21,969 bases of DNA from a virus. The stretch spans positions 1-21,969 of IMG/VR virus record IMGVR_UViG_3300009149_000332; one strand, 5' to 3'. Both the position numbers and the translations under genes were made by a program. Shown here piece after piece: positions 1-8,287 of this stretch. How positions within the stretch are numbered: the stretch's first letter is position 1; the number at the start of each line of letters is the position of its first letter. The notes under the pieces are model-generated. The model did not search any database, had not been told where the DNA came from, and saw only the letters and a list, made by a program, of their open reading frames with translations.

Positions 1-2409
1 ATTACGCTCATCACAAACAATTAGGTAATCATAAACCCCTTCATTATTCTTCGCATAGTCGAATATAGGCGAAATAGCTGCTCTTAAACGGTTCTGTGTA
101 AATACAGTGTTTTGTTCAAACACGAAGTAACGCACGAGCTGTAATGTAGCCTTCTCAAGCCACAAGAACAATCTACGAACATTGATACGATCAAATGCCG
201 AAGGCTTCTTCTGTAATGTCTTCTGTCCCCAAACCACATAACCATCACCTGGCCAGTATACAATTGGATTCATACCACTCTTGTATAGCAAATCACGTTG
301 CTTCAAGGTTGGATTAATACCAAGATCTACGATGTCTTGTAGAATACCACGATTTAATCCAGCAGGTGCAAACCATGGGAAGAAATTAGTATCCGTATTA
401 ATCATAGTTCTGGATAGCCATCCCGATGATGGTAACCATACAAACTTACCAGCATAAGAGTCATAATGCTTGAGCCAGTTAGCATATGTACACGCGTAAC
501 TAGAATTTGCTGTACCGTAAAGATTCTTCAGCGGCCAGTATATATGCTGCGAGAAGTTCTTTGTCTGGTCATCCATAACCTTTACATCACCTTGTCCTTG
601 TACGAAGATGTAACGTAACGGGTCCGCAATATGTAAACAATCTTTACGAGTATCTTTGCAGAATGTATTGAATATTCCGTAAATAGTCTCATATAAATCG
701 CTCGCTTCTGAAGACGAGCCAGTAGCTTGACTCATTAAACCATCACTGTCCGAATCAAAGGTATGCGAATTCAAGATACCATCGATATAGTGCGTTTCAT
801 TGAATATCTCCTGCGTACGAGAGTAAGCATAATTATTCGTTGCATCAGATGGCCAGTTATTCATATCAAGAACCATACCTGTCCAGACGGTACCAAGACC
901 AGCTTCAGGAACAAGATCAACACGAATTAAATCACGGTTCTCTGCAAGACGTAATGCACGCTCAAGCTTCTGTGGAAGTTCGCCAATATACTTCTCACTA
1001 CCCTGACAGCTCTCAACATACTCACCAGTAGCATAGAGATTGTCTGCATTTACTAGATAACTATCTGCACTAGATAGATCAAATACAACTTTTGCTTTAC
1101 CGTGAGGCTCTGCTGGGTTAGTCGGATTATCACTCAATGCAACTCCATACTCATCTGTATTTGATTTTGCACCGCAAGCTACTCGAATCTTCTTGATTGG
1201 TAAACCATTCTGTGGATCGAACCATAGACCACTTCTCTCGGAAATATTTGGATTAATAAATACTCTCATTGTGGTTGATTCATTGTTAATAACGTCCTCT
1301 AGATAATAGTTTAGAGGTGATCCACCACGTGGATTATTAATAGTACGAGTACTATCAAACGAGCCGCTGTAAGTCTCTGAAACAACTCTATCAAGAACGC
1401 GATCCTCGGCGTTATATAATGATGGGCGTAGTTTGAACTGTGTAAATATAATACTGTCAGTATAACCACCTTGACCTTCATTACCAAATTCCCATCCTGG
1501 AACAGTCTCAACTATTTCAGAAATACAGCCTGGTGATTGACGATACGTACCAGTTAGTGCAAATGCTAAACGGTCAGTATTGAGCGTCAACCATTCTGTG
1601 TTAGTTGTAGAACTATTAATAGTCTTTGCTTTTAATACTGAATCGAAATTAGAACCTTTATCAATCTTCGAGTTATCGGCAATCGCGATATAATATCCAC
1701 CGAATGTTTCGTCAATTACAGACTTAATCTCGTTAACAACGATTAGACCGTTATAGCCGACGTTTGATAACAATGCAGCCTCTGTAGTTGTGTAACCAGA
1801 TGGCATCTGTCCGTCTTTCCAGTTAATTCCACCTTGTAGCCACTGAAGATAAATCTCTTCGTTAACTACTGTGTGAACTGGTTGACCTAAATAGTAATTC
1901 TCTGCTGTTGAGAATTTCGGTGTGGTTGCAGCAGTAATGCCTGATGCTTCGTATGTTGTTGTAATCTTTACATTAGAAATAGATTCTGTTTGTGAACTAA
2001 ATTTCCAACGGAACGAATCATAATCACTATCGACTGGTGTATATGTACCTGTCCATGCACTATCATTAGATACAAAAGCTCCACCAGAAAGAGTAAATGT
2101 TACCGCTTTCCTTGTAGTTGAACTTTCACCAGATAGGCTTACTGTTAATCCACTAAATCCTGCATAGTTTGGCTCAGTACCGGAAACAGCACTATAAACA
2201 TTATAAGTATTATTCCAGTTTTGACCTGTTGCAGCTACCTGCAAGTACTGATGAATATGTGGCTGCTGTAATGCCGGTTGCATATTCATCGATGTCTGAA
2301 TTCCACGGAAAGCATGGAAAAGCAAGAACACTATAATTAGATGTGTATCCTGTTCCTCCACCTGAACCGTAAGGAATACGAGTGACAAGCAATGTGCCAT
2401 TAGCTTGCA
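1..2409 (-). CDS. Tail sheath protein (gp18-like), main body and C-terminus. It is partial (runs off the window start) and lies in a frame offset by +1 from the N-terminal ORF.
   Basis: My minus-strand translation of 121-200 gives AFDRINVRRLFLWLEK, which matches the conserved T4 gp18 C-terminal motif PFDRINVRRLF. The same frame (codon 5' positions divisible by 3) is open at about 1000 (YVESCQGSEKYIGELPQKLE) and at 2213-2409. The frame-B stop is at 2410-2412. It is absent from the ORF track because no stop falls inside the window. Confidence 0.7.
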
Positions 2410-2629
2410 TTACTTGTTTACATGTGTGATAGAAATACCGCTCTGCAGCATTCTCCGGTTGGCCATAAATCTGTTCAAACTCTGAAATACTAGTTACGTT
2501 AACAAGTTCATCTGTAGGACCTTGTGGGGCATAACCAGCACAGAAAACAGTTGTGCCTACTGGAAGCTCGGTATTAAAACTTAAATCAATTTCTCTTATC
2601 TCTACGCCTGGGCTCTCAATTGTTCGCAT
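2210..2629 (-). CDS. Tail sheath protein (gp18-like), N-terminal 139-aa segment. It ends at a TAA that the main sheath frame bypasses.
   Basis: MRTIESPGVEIREIDLS... resembles the T4 gp18 N-terminus MTLLSPGIELKETTVQS. The block ...GPTDELVNVTSISEFEQIYGQPENAAERYF resembles gp18 ...GPAFQIKQVTNEVDLVNTFGQPTAETADYF. There is a strong SD (agaggag) about 6 nt upstream of the ATG at 2629. Confidence 0.8.
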   Translation of the reverse strand: MRTIESPGVEIREIDLSFNTELPVGTTVFCAGYAPQGPTDELVNVTSISEFEQIYGQPENAAERYFYHTCKQVMQANGTLLVTRIPYGSGGGTGYTSNYSVLAFPCFPWNSDIDEYATGITAATYSSVLAGSCNRSKLE

Positions 2630-2739
2630 ATTATTCTCCTCTTTGAATGGTAAAACTCCTATTCGTTTTAATTATTTATTGTTCTTTGGATAATATTTTC
2701 GGGACAGACGACACTATACACACGATAAAATATACAGTT

Positions 2740-3357
2740 TTATGCAAATTTCTGTGTATCTGTTCCATCATCCAGTAGTTCAATATCCAGTCGATTAAAC
2801 ACAAATGTAAAACTACATTGCAACTGACCTGAATCTCTGTAATTATAGTCTAATTCCCCTAATGTAGTTATAAATGAATTAGTGAATACAAATCTTGCTT
2901 TTTCATTGTTATATTCATCCATTGCATTTGCTATAATTGTTGTTTGATAATTAGGTACGATTTTTGGATCAAGAACAGGCGCACCCTCAGGAAAGATTCC
3001 TTTTCCGGCGTAAGCCGCTGTAGTAGGGTCATTTAAAAGCTGTAGCCATTTCCAAAGAACCCAATAGTTTTTAAATTCATTATCGACTTCAAAATTAATC
3101 ACAACAGGAGCATATGCTGGTCTATCATACGAAGTTATATTATAATTCTGTTGGCCAAAGTGTATTTGATGCTCAGGTACAGTTACACTCGGTATATTAA
3201 TGTTATAAACAGAAAATTGTAGACTATCCAGATTTATAAATTTATCTTCTCTTGTAGATCTCGATTGTAACTGCTTCATTATATTAGGTAGTGTCAAGAT
3301 AACTACAAATTTATCTTTCCTAAGTTTGTTTAAATGTGGTTGTGTTATGTTACTCAT
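2740..3357 (-). CDS. Tail tube protein (gp19-like). The ORF track gives 2740..3375, but the ATG at 3357 (MSNITQ...) overlaps the upstream stop as TAATG and is the more likely start.
   Basis: The C-terminal GELDYNYRDSGQLQCSFTFVFNRLDIE resembles T4 gp19 GELQLDWDSNNEIQTFEVTLALDYWE. The internal block ...NFEVDNEF..YWVLWKWLQLL resembles gp19 ...VTVMNDEAHDARQKFVDWQSIA. It sits beside the sheath gene. Confidence 0.6.
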   Translation of the reverse strand: MSNITQPHLNKLRKDKFVVILTLPNIMKQLQSRSTREDKFINLDSLQFSVYNINIPSVTVPEHQIHFGQQNYNITSYDRPAYAPVVINFEVDNEFKNYWVLWKWLQLLNDPTTAAYAGKGIFPEGAPVLDPKIVPNYQTTIIANAMDEYNNEKARFVFTNSFITTLGELDYNYRDSGQLQCSFTFVFNRLDIELLDDGTDTQKFA

Positions 3358-3737
3358 TAAAATACCTCCTGCCAATAATCGACCTCTTTACCCTTTCTCG
3401 GTAAAAGTTTAAAAGTTTTCGTGTCCATCAAATCTTTCGCTTTTCTCTGCTCTAGCCATCCCTTTTCTTCAAGATATTCAAACATAATCTCATATCGAAA
3501 ATTACCATTATTATCGGCAAAAAGTTTCCATACATTCGACTTCATTTCTGAATCAGCGTCAAATACTGCTTGAGATATCACCGGATCAACGTCATGTGTT
3601 CCAAACCAATTAATACCTACTTCACTCAAAATAGCATCATAAACTACTTCTAGTATCTCGTTAACGCGATCTTCTCCATACTCTTTCGAGTATATCTGAT
3701 AATATTGATTAAACGAACCTATCATAGACTGCTCCAA
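3357..3737 (-). CDS. Hypothetical protein, 126 aa, between TerL and the tail tube gene.
   Basis: It is a complete ORF. Its start overlaps the TerL 3' end by 16 nt and its stop overlaps the tail tube start. I recognise no motif. Confidence 0.45.
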   Translation of the reverse strand: MEQSMIGSFNQYYQIYSKEYGEDRVNEILEVVYDAILSEVGINWFGTHDVDPVISQAVFDADSEMKSNVWKLFADNNGNFRYEIMFEYLEEKGWLEQRKAKDLMDTKTFKLLPRKGKEVDYWQEVF

Positions 3738-5266
3738 CCTGCTTGGTGTAGTTCGTTTATTCCTTGGCCTCCTGGTGAAAATTGTCCTGATGTTGGAGAT
3801 GATCCGATAATCGTCGGTAGTGGAGCATTTTCATTCTTCTGGAAGAAGTCATCTAGTTTAAATATACCTGGTTCTGTAATTGTATAGTTTTGAATCTTAA
3901 GCGGTTTACCTTGATCATCATACGCAACGATTTCATAATGCTGTTGACAAATCTCTTCTTGTAGAACATATAGACCCCAGACTAGAGACAATACTCTATC
4001 ATCATAAATCTGATTGCCTTGCTTAGCCTTCCAAGTGCCGTTTGGATACCGTACAAATGTTTGAAGCTCTTGAACAGTTGCAATATCGTATATTTTAACA
4101 ACCTTAAGAGTATTCATCCAATAACGCATATTCATTACACCATTATACTTGGTATTAGTATGTGAATAAATACCTTGCCGTATATCTCCGTACTTAAGAT
4201 TCGATGGATTATGACTAACTAGATTATGATAGTTGTGCTTCTCATTCAGTGAAGTTATCACCTCACCACCGCAATTGTTTCTCTCGATTAACATCGGCGG
4301 TCTACCCCAATGGTTTCCGATGCGGTTTAATACTTCTGCAAATCGTGTTGGGTGAATTGCGTTATTGTGATAGCATGCAACTTGCTCAATATGCGTTAAG
4401 TCTGTGAAGTCAAATATTTGCGCTACAGATGCTGCTCGTCCGATGCCTTCGCTAACATCAACTCCTATACCGTATATATGGCCTGCTTGAGGTTCAGCCC
4501 AAACTCTATAATGTCCATCTTCAAACGTCTGCAGAGGTAATCTGCATTGCTCTTTATAGTCTTCAAGAACAGATGCATCAATAGCAGATTCTCCTGTCTC
4601 TAAAAATACACACTCAAACTCTTGTGCAAATAATTGCTCATCGTTACCAAGAGCAGCCTTCATATCTGCAATCCACTTTTTACCGTGTCCTGGTACTTCA
4701 CTATAATGAATATTCTCTGCATGCCAAGAAATTCTACCTTCTATAGCCTCACCTCGCTGTGCTTTTGAATAAATTTCGTGGAACTTGTTACCTGTACCTT
4801 TCGGAGTACTAACAGCAAAAATCTTTGTAGTTCCTTTTCGAGATGACGAAATAACAGGAATAACTGATGCCCAAAAGTCATCAATAAGATGAGATTCAAT
4901 GTGAGCCATTTCGTCGATAATGATGCATTGATGACTTAATATACCATTTGCAAAATATGTATGAGTATCTTCAATTTCAAGAAATTCAAACACTTCCTCA
5001 TCATTTTCAAATTCATTAATCGACTTAACAACATCATTGAAAATCTTGTTTCCAACTTGTAGGTCATTTGCAAAAACATAATCAGTTTCATTAACCATTA
5101 ATTTATGCTTTGGTGTACAAATTAGTTGCTTATTAGATTGAAAAGTTAAATGAATTTTGTTCGGATTTTTACCACAGAAAACTCCTTTGAAATCTTTAAA
5201 CCCTTCTTCGGTCAAGATTTCATATTCTGTATTCTCAAATACATCAAAATTTGTTAAATCAGCCAT
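3722..5266 (-). CDS. Large terminase subunit, C-terminal gene (TerL-C). Its N-terminal 113 aa form the C-part of a split intein, followed by Walker B, the remaining ATPase domain and the nuclease domain.
   Basis: After ...FEFLEIEDTHTYFANGILSHQ comes C, then IIIDEMAHIESHLIDDFWASVIPVISSSRKGTTKIFAVSTPKGTGNKFHEIY. This aligns with T4 gp17 [47 protein letters not shown]. The ATG at 5264-5266 overlaps the upstream ORF stop (TAATG). Confidence 0.85.
   Translation of the reverse strand: MADLTNFDVFENTEYEILTEEGFKDFKGVFCGKNPNKIHLTFQSNKQLICTPKHKLMVNETDYVFANDLQVGNKIFNDVVKSINEFENDEEVFEFLEIEDTHTYFANGILSHQCIIIDEMAHIESHLIDDFWASVIPVISSSRKGTTKIFAVSTPKGTGNKFHEIYSKAQRGEAIEGRISWHAENIHYSEVPGHGKKWIADMKAALGNDEQLFAQEFECVFLETGESAIDASVLEDYKEQCRLPLQTFEDGHYRVWAEPQAGHIYGIGVDVSEGIGRAASVAQIFDFTDLTHIEQVACYHNNAIHPTRFAEVLNRIGNHWGRPPMLIERNNCGGEVITSLNEKHNYHNLVSHNPSNLKYGDIRQGIYSHTNTKYNGVMNMRYWMNTLKVVKIYDIATVQELQTFVRYPNGTWKAKQGNQIYDDRVLSLVWGLYVLQEEICQQHYEIVAYDDQGKPLKIQNYTITEPGIFKLDDFFQKNENAPLPTIIGSSPTSGQFSPGGQGINELHQAGWSSL
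4928..5266 (-). other. Split-intein C-part (IntC, 113 aa). It begins at the translational start of the TerL-C gene and carries Hint blocks B, F and G. Cys (4925-4927) is the +1 extein residue.
   Basis: Block B reads LICTPKHKLMV (TxxH). Blocks F and G read VFEFLEIEDTHTYFANGILSHQ followed by C. The terminal residue is Gln rather than Asn. Confidence 0.7.
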
Positions 5267-5748
5267 TATTGTTCTTCTATATAAAATTTAATAATTTCGC
5301 TTCTGTCTTTGACTGTGAATTGAATACCTCTTTCAACAGCTATCCGCTTAATTTTAAGTATTTCGGACATATTATCGTCATTTATAATATTTGGTTCTAT
5401 ATTTATATGATAAATATCTTTAATTTTAACACAGCCTTTTATTTGTAGAATTCCCCCCTCTACTTTACTATATTTGCTACGCAATATAATATCTTTATTA
5501 GTTTTGATAGTAAAAAGTACATCTGGATCCGACCAAGTACCACAATATAGGTATTCATCATCTATCTTTTTACTAAATGTAGATGTATAAACATAATCAC
5601 CATAATTTTTCGATCCTCTTTCTTGTGATATAACATTTCGCTCATCTTCGCTATCAACAAGATCCCAAAGTGGACAAATTTCCTCACGCATCAAAATAAG
5701 AAGAGCGTTATCTATACTTGTCTCATGGAAGCAAAATTTATTAATCAT
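5266..5748 (-). CDS. Hypothetical protein, 160 aa, encoded between the two halves of the terminase gene and the split intein.
   Basis: It has its own SD (gagagg, about 8 nt before the ATG at 5748). Its stop overlaps the TerL-C start. I see no recognisable LAGLIDADG, GIY-YIG or HNH motifs. The upstream TerL-N gene ends with two stops, TGA AAA TGA. Confidence 0.5.
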   Translation of the reverse strand: MINKFCFHETSIDNALLILMREEICPLWDLVDSEDERNVISQERGSKNYGDYVYTSTFSKKIDDEYLYCGTWSDPDVLFTIKTNKDIILRSKYSKVEGGILQIKGCVKIKDIYHINIEPNIINDDNMSEILKIKRIAVERGIQFTVKDRSEIIKFYIEEQ

Positions 5749-5778
5749 CTTTCAAACCTCTCAAATATTAACTCATTT

Positions 5779-7494
5779 TCATTTTTCATCTAATTTTATA
5801 TCCAATCTATTATTAATTTTAACCCTATTAAACAATTCAGACATCTCGATGTCTTCAATTTTTCCTGTCTTTTTATTTCGAACCGTAACAATATTATCTC
5901 CAGTAATACAGTTTACAGAATCACCACGAACTGCACTACCAGTTGTAGTTGAAATAGCTATACTAGATCCGTTGCCGAAAATAACTTCAGTGCCGCCCCA
6001 TGTAGCTAGACCAGGTTTGAGCCAGTTAGGTAATTCTTCAAAAGCCATTTTAATACGGCGAAGAATCATAATAGCCGTTTTTTCTTTATTGGCTACAATA
6101 ACAACTCTTTTATTTGATTGAAAGCAAGTATACCATAAAGCATAAATGGTCATAAGAGTGGTGTTTGCACTAACAATATTAGTTTTTCCTATTGTAAATA
6201 ATTCATCTTCTGCATCCACTGTTATACATCGAACAGGTACTGATTGGATTTTAGTTATATTTTTAATATAATGGTTTACTTGTTTTATAGAAACATTACA
6301 ATTTTGTTTATCAATTTTTCGTTTAAATTTAAATACAGGAAAAGGAGAACTAAAAGTAATGCGAAACATCGGTTTACCAATTTTTGTTTGCTTTGGATTC
6401 ATGTTTTTTAAAAATACATTTTTAGTAGCATGTAATCCTAGTGATCTAACAAGTTCTAGAGCTTCATCAGCTAGTTGCTCATTGGTGTTGTAAAATACAC
6501 ATTTTTTTCCTACTGTCGATCCATCTGTATCCATTAACCCTTTTAACAGTTCTAATCTTTGTGCCTTACTGCTTCGTAAATATACTTCAGGTATATGCTT
6601 GTTACGATATACATTTAATTCCCTAAGCAATGTGATTAACCTCTTACCGTCTTTATATTTGTCCTGATTTATCCATAAAATATAATGACCATCCGGTTGT
6701 GTTATTTCTTCACGGATAATATCTGGATCAATATCAAGACACCTTCTTGCCTCTTCTACATCAAAACGAGATACACTCAAAGCTGGAGCTCTCGAAAATC
6801 CGTCACCTAACCAATAACCAAGTAGGTACGGATCAACTAAAAGATCTCGCTCTGGGTATTCAAAAGCTGGCGCACTTGGTACAGAATAATTTAATTGTGG
6901 ATATTTCTGATTAACTGTAAGCTTATTAAGAAATTCTTTTGTTGTATATATTCTACCTACTCTTTTATGACATCTATCATAATGAGATTGCGCCCACCAT
7001 CTATGATCTTCATCTGCAATTATCTTTTCACCGCTACTAAACTCAATTTCGTAACAAGTTCTGTTATACAAGATATCATGTGCACGAACAACTCTAGTAG
7101 GTTCTCCGTTAGAGCCGAATACAACATCATTGTCCTTTAGTTGACCCATTGTCGTCCAGCCTGCCGGAGTAGGTACTGGGGTATCTAGTGCAAGCGCTTT
7201 CCCAACCTGTCTCGATGCATTTACAATTACAAATCGATTACTAGTCAGTGATTTTAAAACTCGTCTTTGAGAACGATATAAATCAATTTTTCGTTTACCT
7301 TCATCCACATCAACAATAAAAAAGTAATTCTGTGCAAAATATCCGAGATCATTTTTAGATTTTTTTAGTTCCGCAATTCGCTGTGGAGTCCACTCAAACT
7401 CAGCATCAGCGCGTGGTAATCTTTTATTACGCAGATATGTTTGATTATCAGATAGCTCTACATCATCAACCATTTTTTTAGGATCTATTTTCAT
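5779..7494 (-). CDS. Large terminase subunit, N-terminal gene (TerL-N). It holds N-extein aa 1-99 with Walker A, a 345-aa intein, 83 aa of extein, and a C-terminal 43-aa split-intein N-part.
   Basis: ...FVIVNASRQVGK is then interrupted, and the extein resumes as TTLMTIYALWYTCFQSNKRVVIVANKEKTAIMILRRIKMAFEELPNWLKPGLATWGGTEVIFGNGSSIAISTTTGSAVRGDSVN. This aligns with T4 gp17 [91 protein letters not shown]. Confidence 0.85.
   Translation of the reverse strand: MKIDPKKMVDDVELSDNQTYLRNKRLPRADAEFEWTPQRIAELKKSKNDLGYFAQNYFFIVDVDEGKRKIDLYRSQRRVLKSLTSNRFVIVNASRQVGKALALDTPVPTPAGWTTMGQLKDNDVVFGSNGEPTRVVRAHDILYNRTCYEIEFSSGEKIIADEDHRWWAQSHYDRCHKRVGRIYTTKEFLNKLTVNQKYPQLNYSVPSAPAFEYPERDLLVDPYLLGYWLGDGFSRAPALSVSRFDVEEARRCLDIDPDIIREEITQPDGHYILWINQDKYKDGKRLITLLRELNVYRNKHIPEVYLRSSKAQRLELLKGLMDTDGSTVGKKCVFYNTNEQLADEALELVRSLGLHATKNVFLKNMNPKQTKIGKPMFRITFSSPFPVFKFKRKIDKQNCNVSIKQVNHYIKNITKIQSVPVRCITVDAEDELFTIGKTNIVSANTTLMTIYALWYTCFQSNKRVVIVANKEKTAIMILRRIKMAFEELPNWLKPGLATWGGTEVIFGNGSSIAISTTTGSAVRGDSVNCITGDNIVTVRNKKTGKIEDIEMSELFNRVKINNRLDIKLDEK
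5782..5910 (-). other. Split-intein N-part (IntN) at the C-terminus of TerL-N. It carries Hint block A only.
   Basis: CITGDNIVTVRNKKTGKIEDIEMSELFNRVKINNRLDIKLDEK follows the extein ...AVRGDSVN (T4: AVRGNSFAM). The pattern C..GD..V.....GKI.IEDL is block A. A stop follows before block B. Confidence 0.7.
6163..7197 (-). mobile_element. Intein (345 aa) inserted in the Walker A P-loop between GK and T. It starts with Ala, carries an internal LAGLIDADG homing endonuclease, and ends ...IVSAN with Thr at +1.
   Basis: Block A reads ALALDTPV. Block B reads GEKIIADEDHRWW, with His and Trp in the expected positions. LAGLIDADG motif 1 is LLGYWLGDGFS and motif 2 is LLKGLMDTDGST. Block F reads PVRCITVDAEDELF and block G reads NIVSAN followed by T. 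The Ala1, block-B Trp, block-F Cys and +1 Thr pattern fits class 3 inteins. Confidence 0.75.
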
Positions 7495-7981
7495 TTCTTT
7501 CTATTAACCTCGCTTTATGTCCTTGAACGTCAATATCTCTAACAGTATAATTCGGTAAATAGGGGGCTATCTGTACTATTAACTTTCCGTAAATGCGATA
7601 TAATTGTTCATTCTTTGCGATTAAGATAATTTTCTGTGGTTGCATCATTTTAATAAAGTTATAAGTTATTCCTGCTATTTTTTGTAAAACATTTAATGAG
7701 TGTTTAGTTATATTACCATATTCAGTTCTCACAGGAGCTGAAGCAACGAAATCTACTTTAAAAAAACCGGGTTCTATCTCACTAGCAACCCATATATGCG
7801 ATACATCACCACCACTATAAAAACTATATGAATATACGTCATCTCCCATCCAAGGAACATTTCCAATCGATGGAATATAATTGCCGTACTCCTTAGGATC
7901 AAACCTTTCGGATATTAGAAAAGAGTTGAAATACTTTTCAAAATTTGTTATCTTATTCATTATTGTCTTCGCTGTGTTCAT
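7478..7981 (-). CDS. Hypothetical protein, 167 aa. It sits where a small terminase subunit would be, immediately upstream of and overlapping TerL. I see no TerS-like sequence features.
   Basis: It is a complete ORF overlapping the TerL start by 17 nt. Only its position suggests a role. Confidence 0.4.
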   Translation of the reverse strand: MNTAKTIMNKITNFEKYFNSFLISERFDPKEYGNYIPSIGNVPWMGDDVYSYSFYSGGDVSHIWVASEIEPGFFKVDFVASAPVRTEYGNITKHSLNVLQKIAGITYNFIKMMQPQKIILIAKNEQLYRIYGKLIVQIAPYLPNYTVRDIDVQGHKARLIERNENRS

Positions 7982-8130
7982 TTCAATATACTATTCTAGA
8001 TAGTGATTTAGATGTTTCGTTTAAACTCCTTATATATCTCTCAAAAATTAAATTATTTTCAGCTCTCATATATTATCCAAAATATGCTTCAGTATCCTTC
8101 AAATATCAGTTCGTTCTCCATCTTGTTATT

Positions 8131-8246
8131 CATAAATATTATCCTCTGTGGCTTTAAAGGGGAATTAATAATTATTTAAAACTACAACACCTTTCTCAAT
8201 ATAACATAAATATTTATGAAAAAATTGGAGAAGATTACAATAAATA
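8131..8246 (+). promoter_or_regulatory. Candidate T4-type late promoter motifs (NATAAATA) in the divergent intergenic region upstream of the 8288 operon.
   Basis: CATAAATA occurs at 8131-8138 and 8205-8212. The second copy is part of the palindrome CATAAATATTTATG at 8205-8218. AATAAATA occurs at 8239-8246, about 42 nt upstream of the ATG at 8288. The T4 and cyanophage late consensus is TATAAATA or NATAAATA. Confidence 0.3.
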
Positions 8247-8287
8247 ATTAAAAGACACATCAGACTATGTCTAAGGAGATTTAAAAA

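Noticed and set aside
840-1031. Plus-strand 63-aa ORF, and also the minus-strand 66-aa ORF at 1311..1511.
   Set aside because: Both lie inside the tail sheath coding region, which is read in a different frame. The sheath frame is open across both and contains conserved sheath motifs.
2210-2409. Possibility that the sheath interruption is a group I intron or an intein.
   Set aside because: Both frames are open and overlap for about 200 nt. There is no non-coding gap and there are no Hint blocks. A single-nucleotide frame change explains it.
5749-5781. Possible stop-codon read-through joining TerL-N to the intervening ORF, which is in the same frame.
   Set aside because: The TGA at 5779-5781 is followed by AAA and a second in-frame TGA at 5773-5775. 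Intein block B is only found in TerL-C.
5849-7140. Plus-strand ORFs 5849..6121 and 6895..7140, together with 5251..5448 and 3705..3887.
   Set aside because: They are antisense to the well-supported TerL genes and intein, and have no RBS or recognisable content.
7945-8157. Plus-strand 70-aa ORF in the divergent intergenic region.
   Set aside because: It is AT-rich and low-complexity (LSYSLLSSLCSF...). It sits where promoters are expected and has no RBS.
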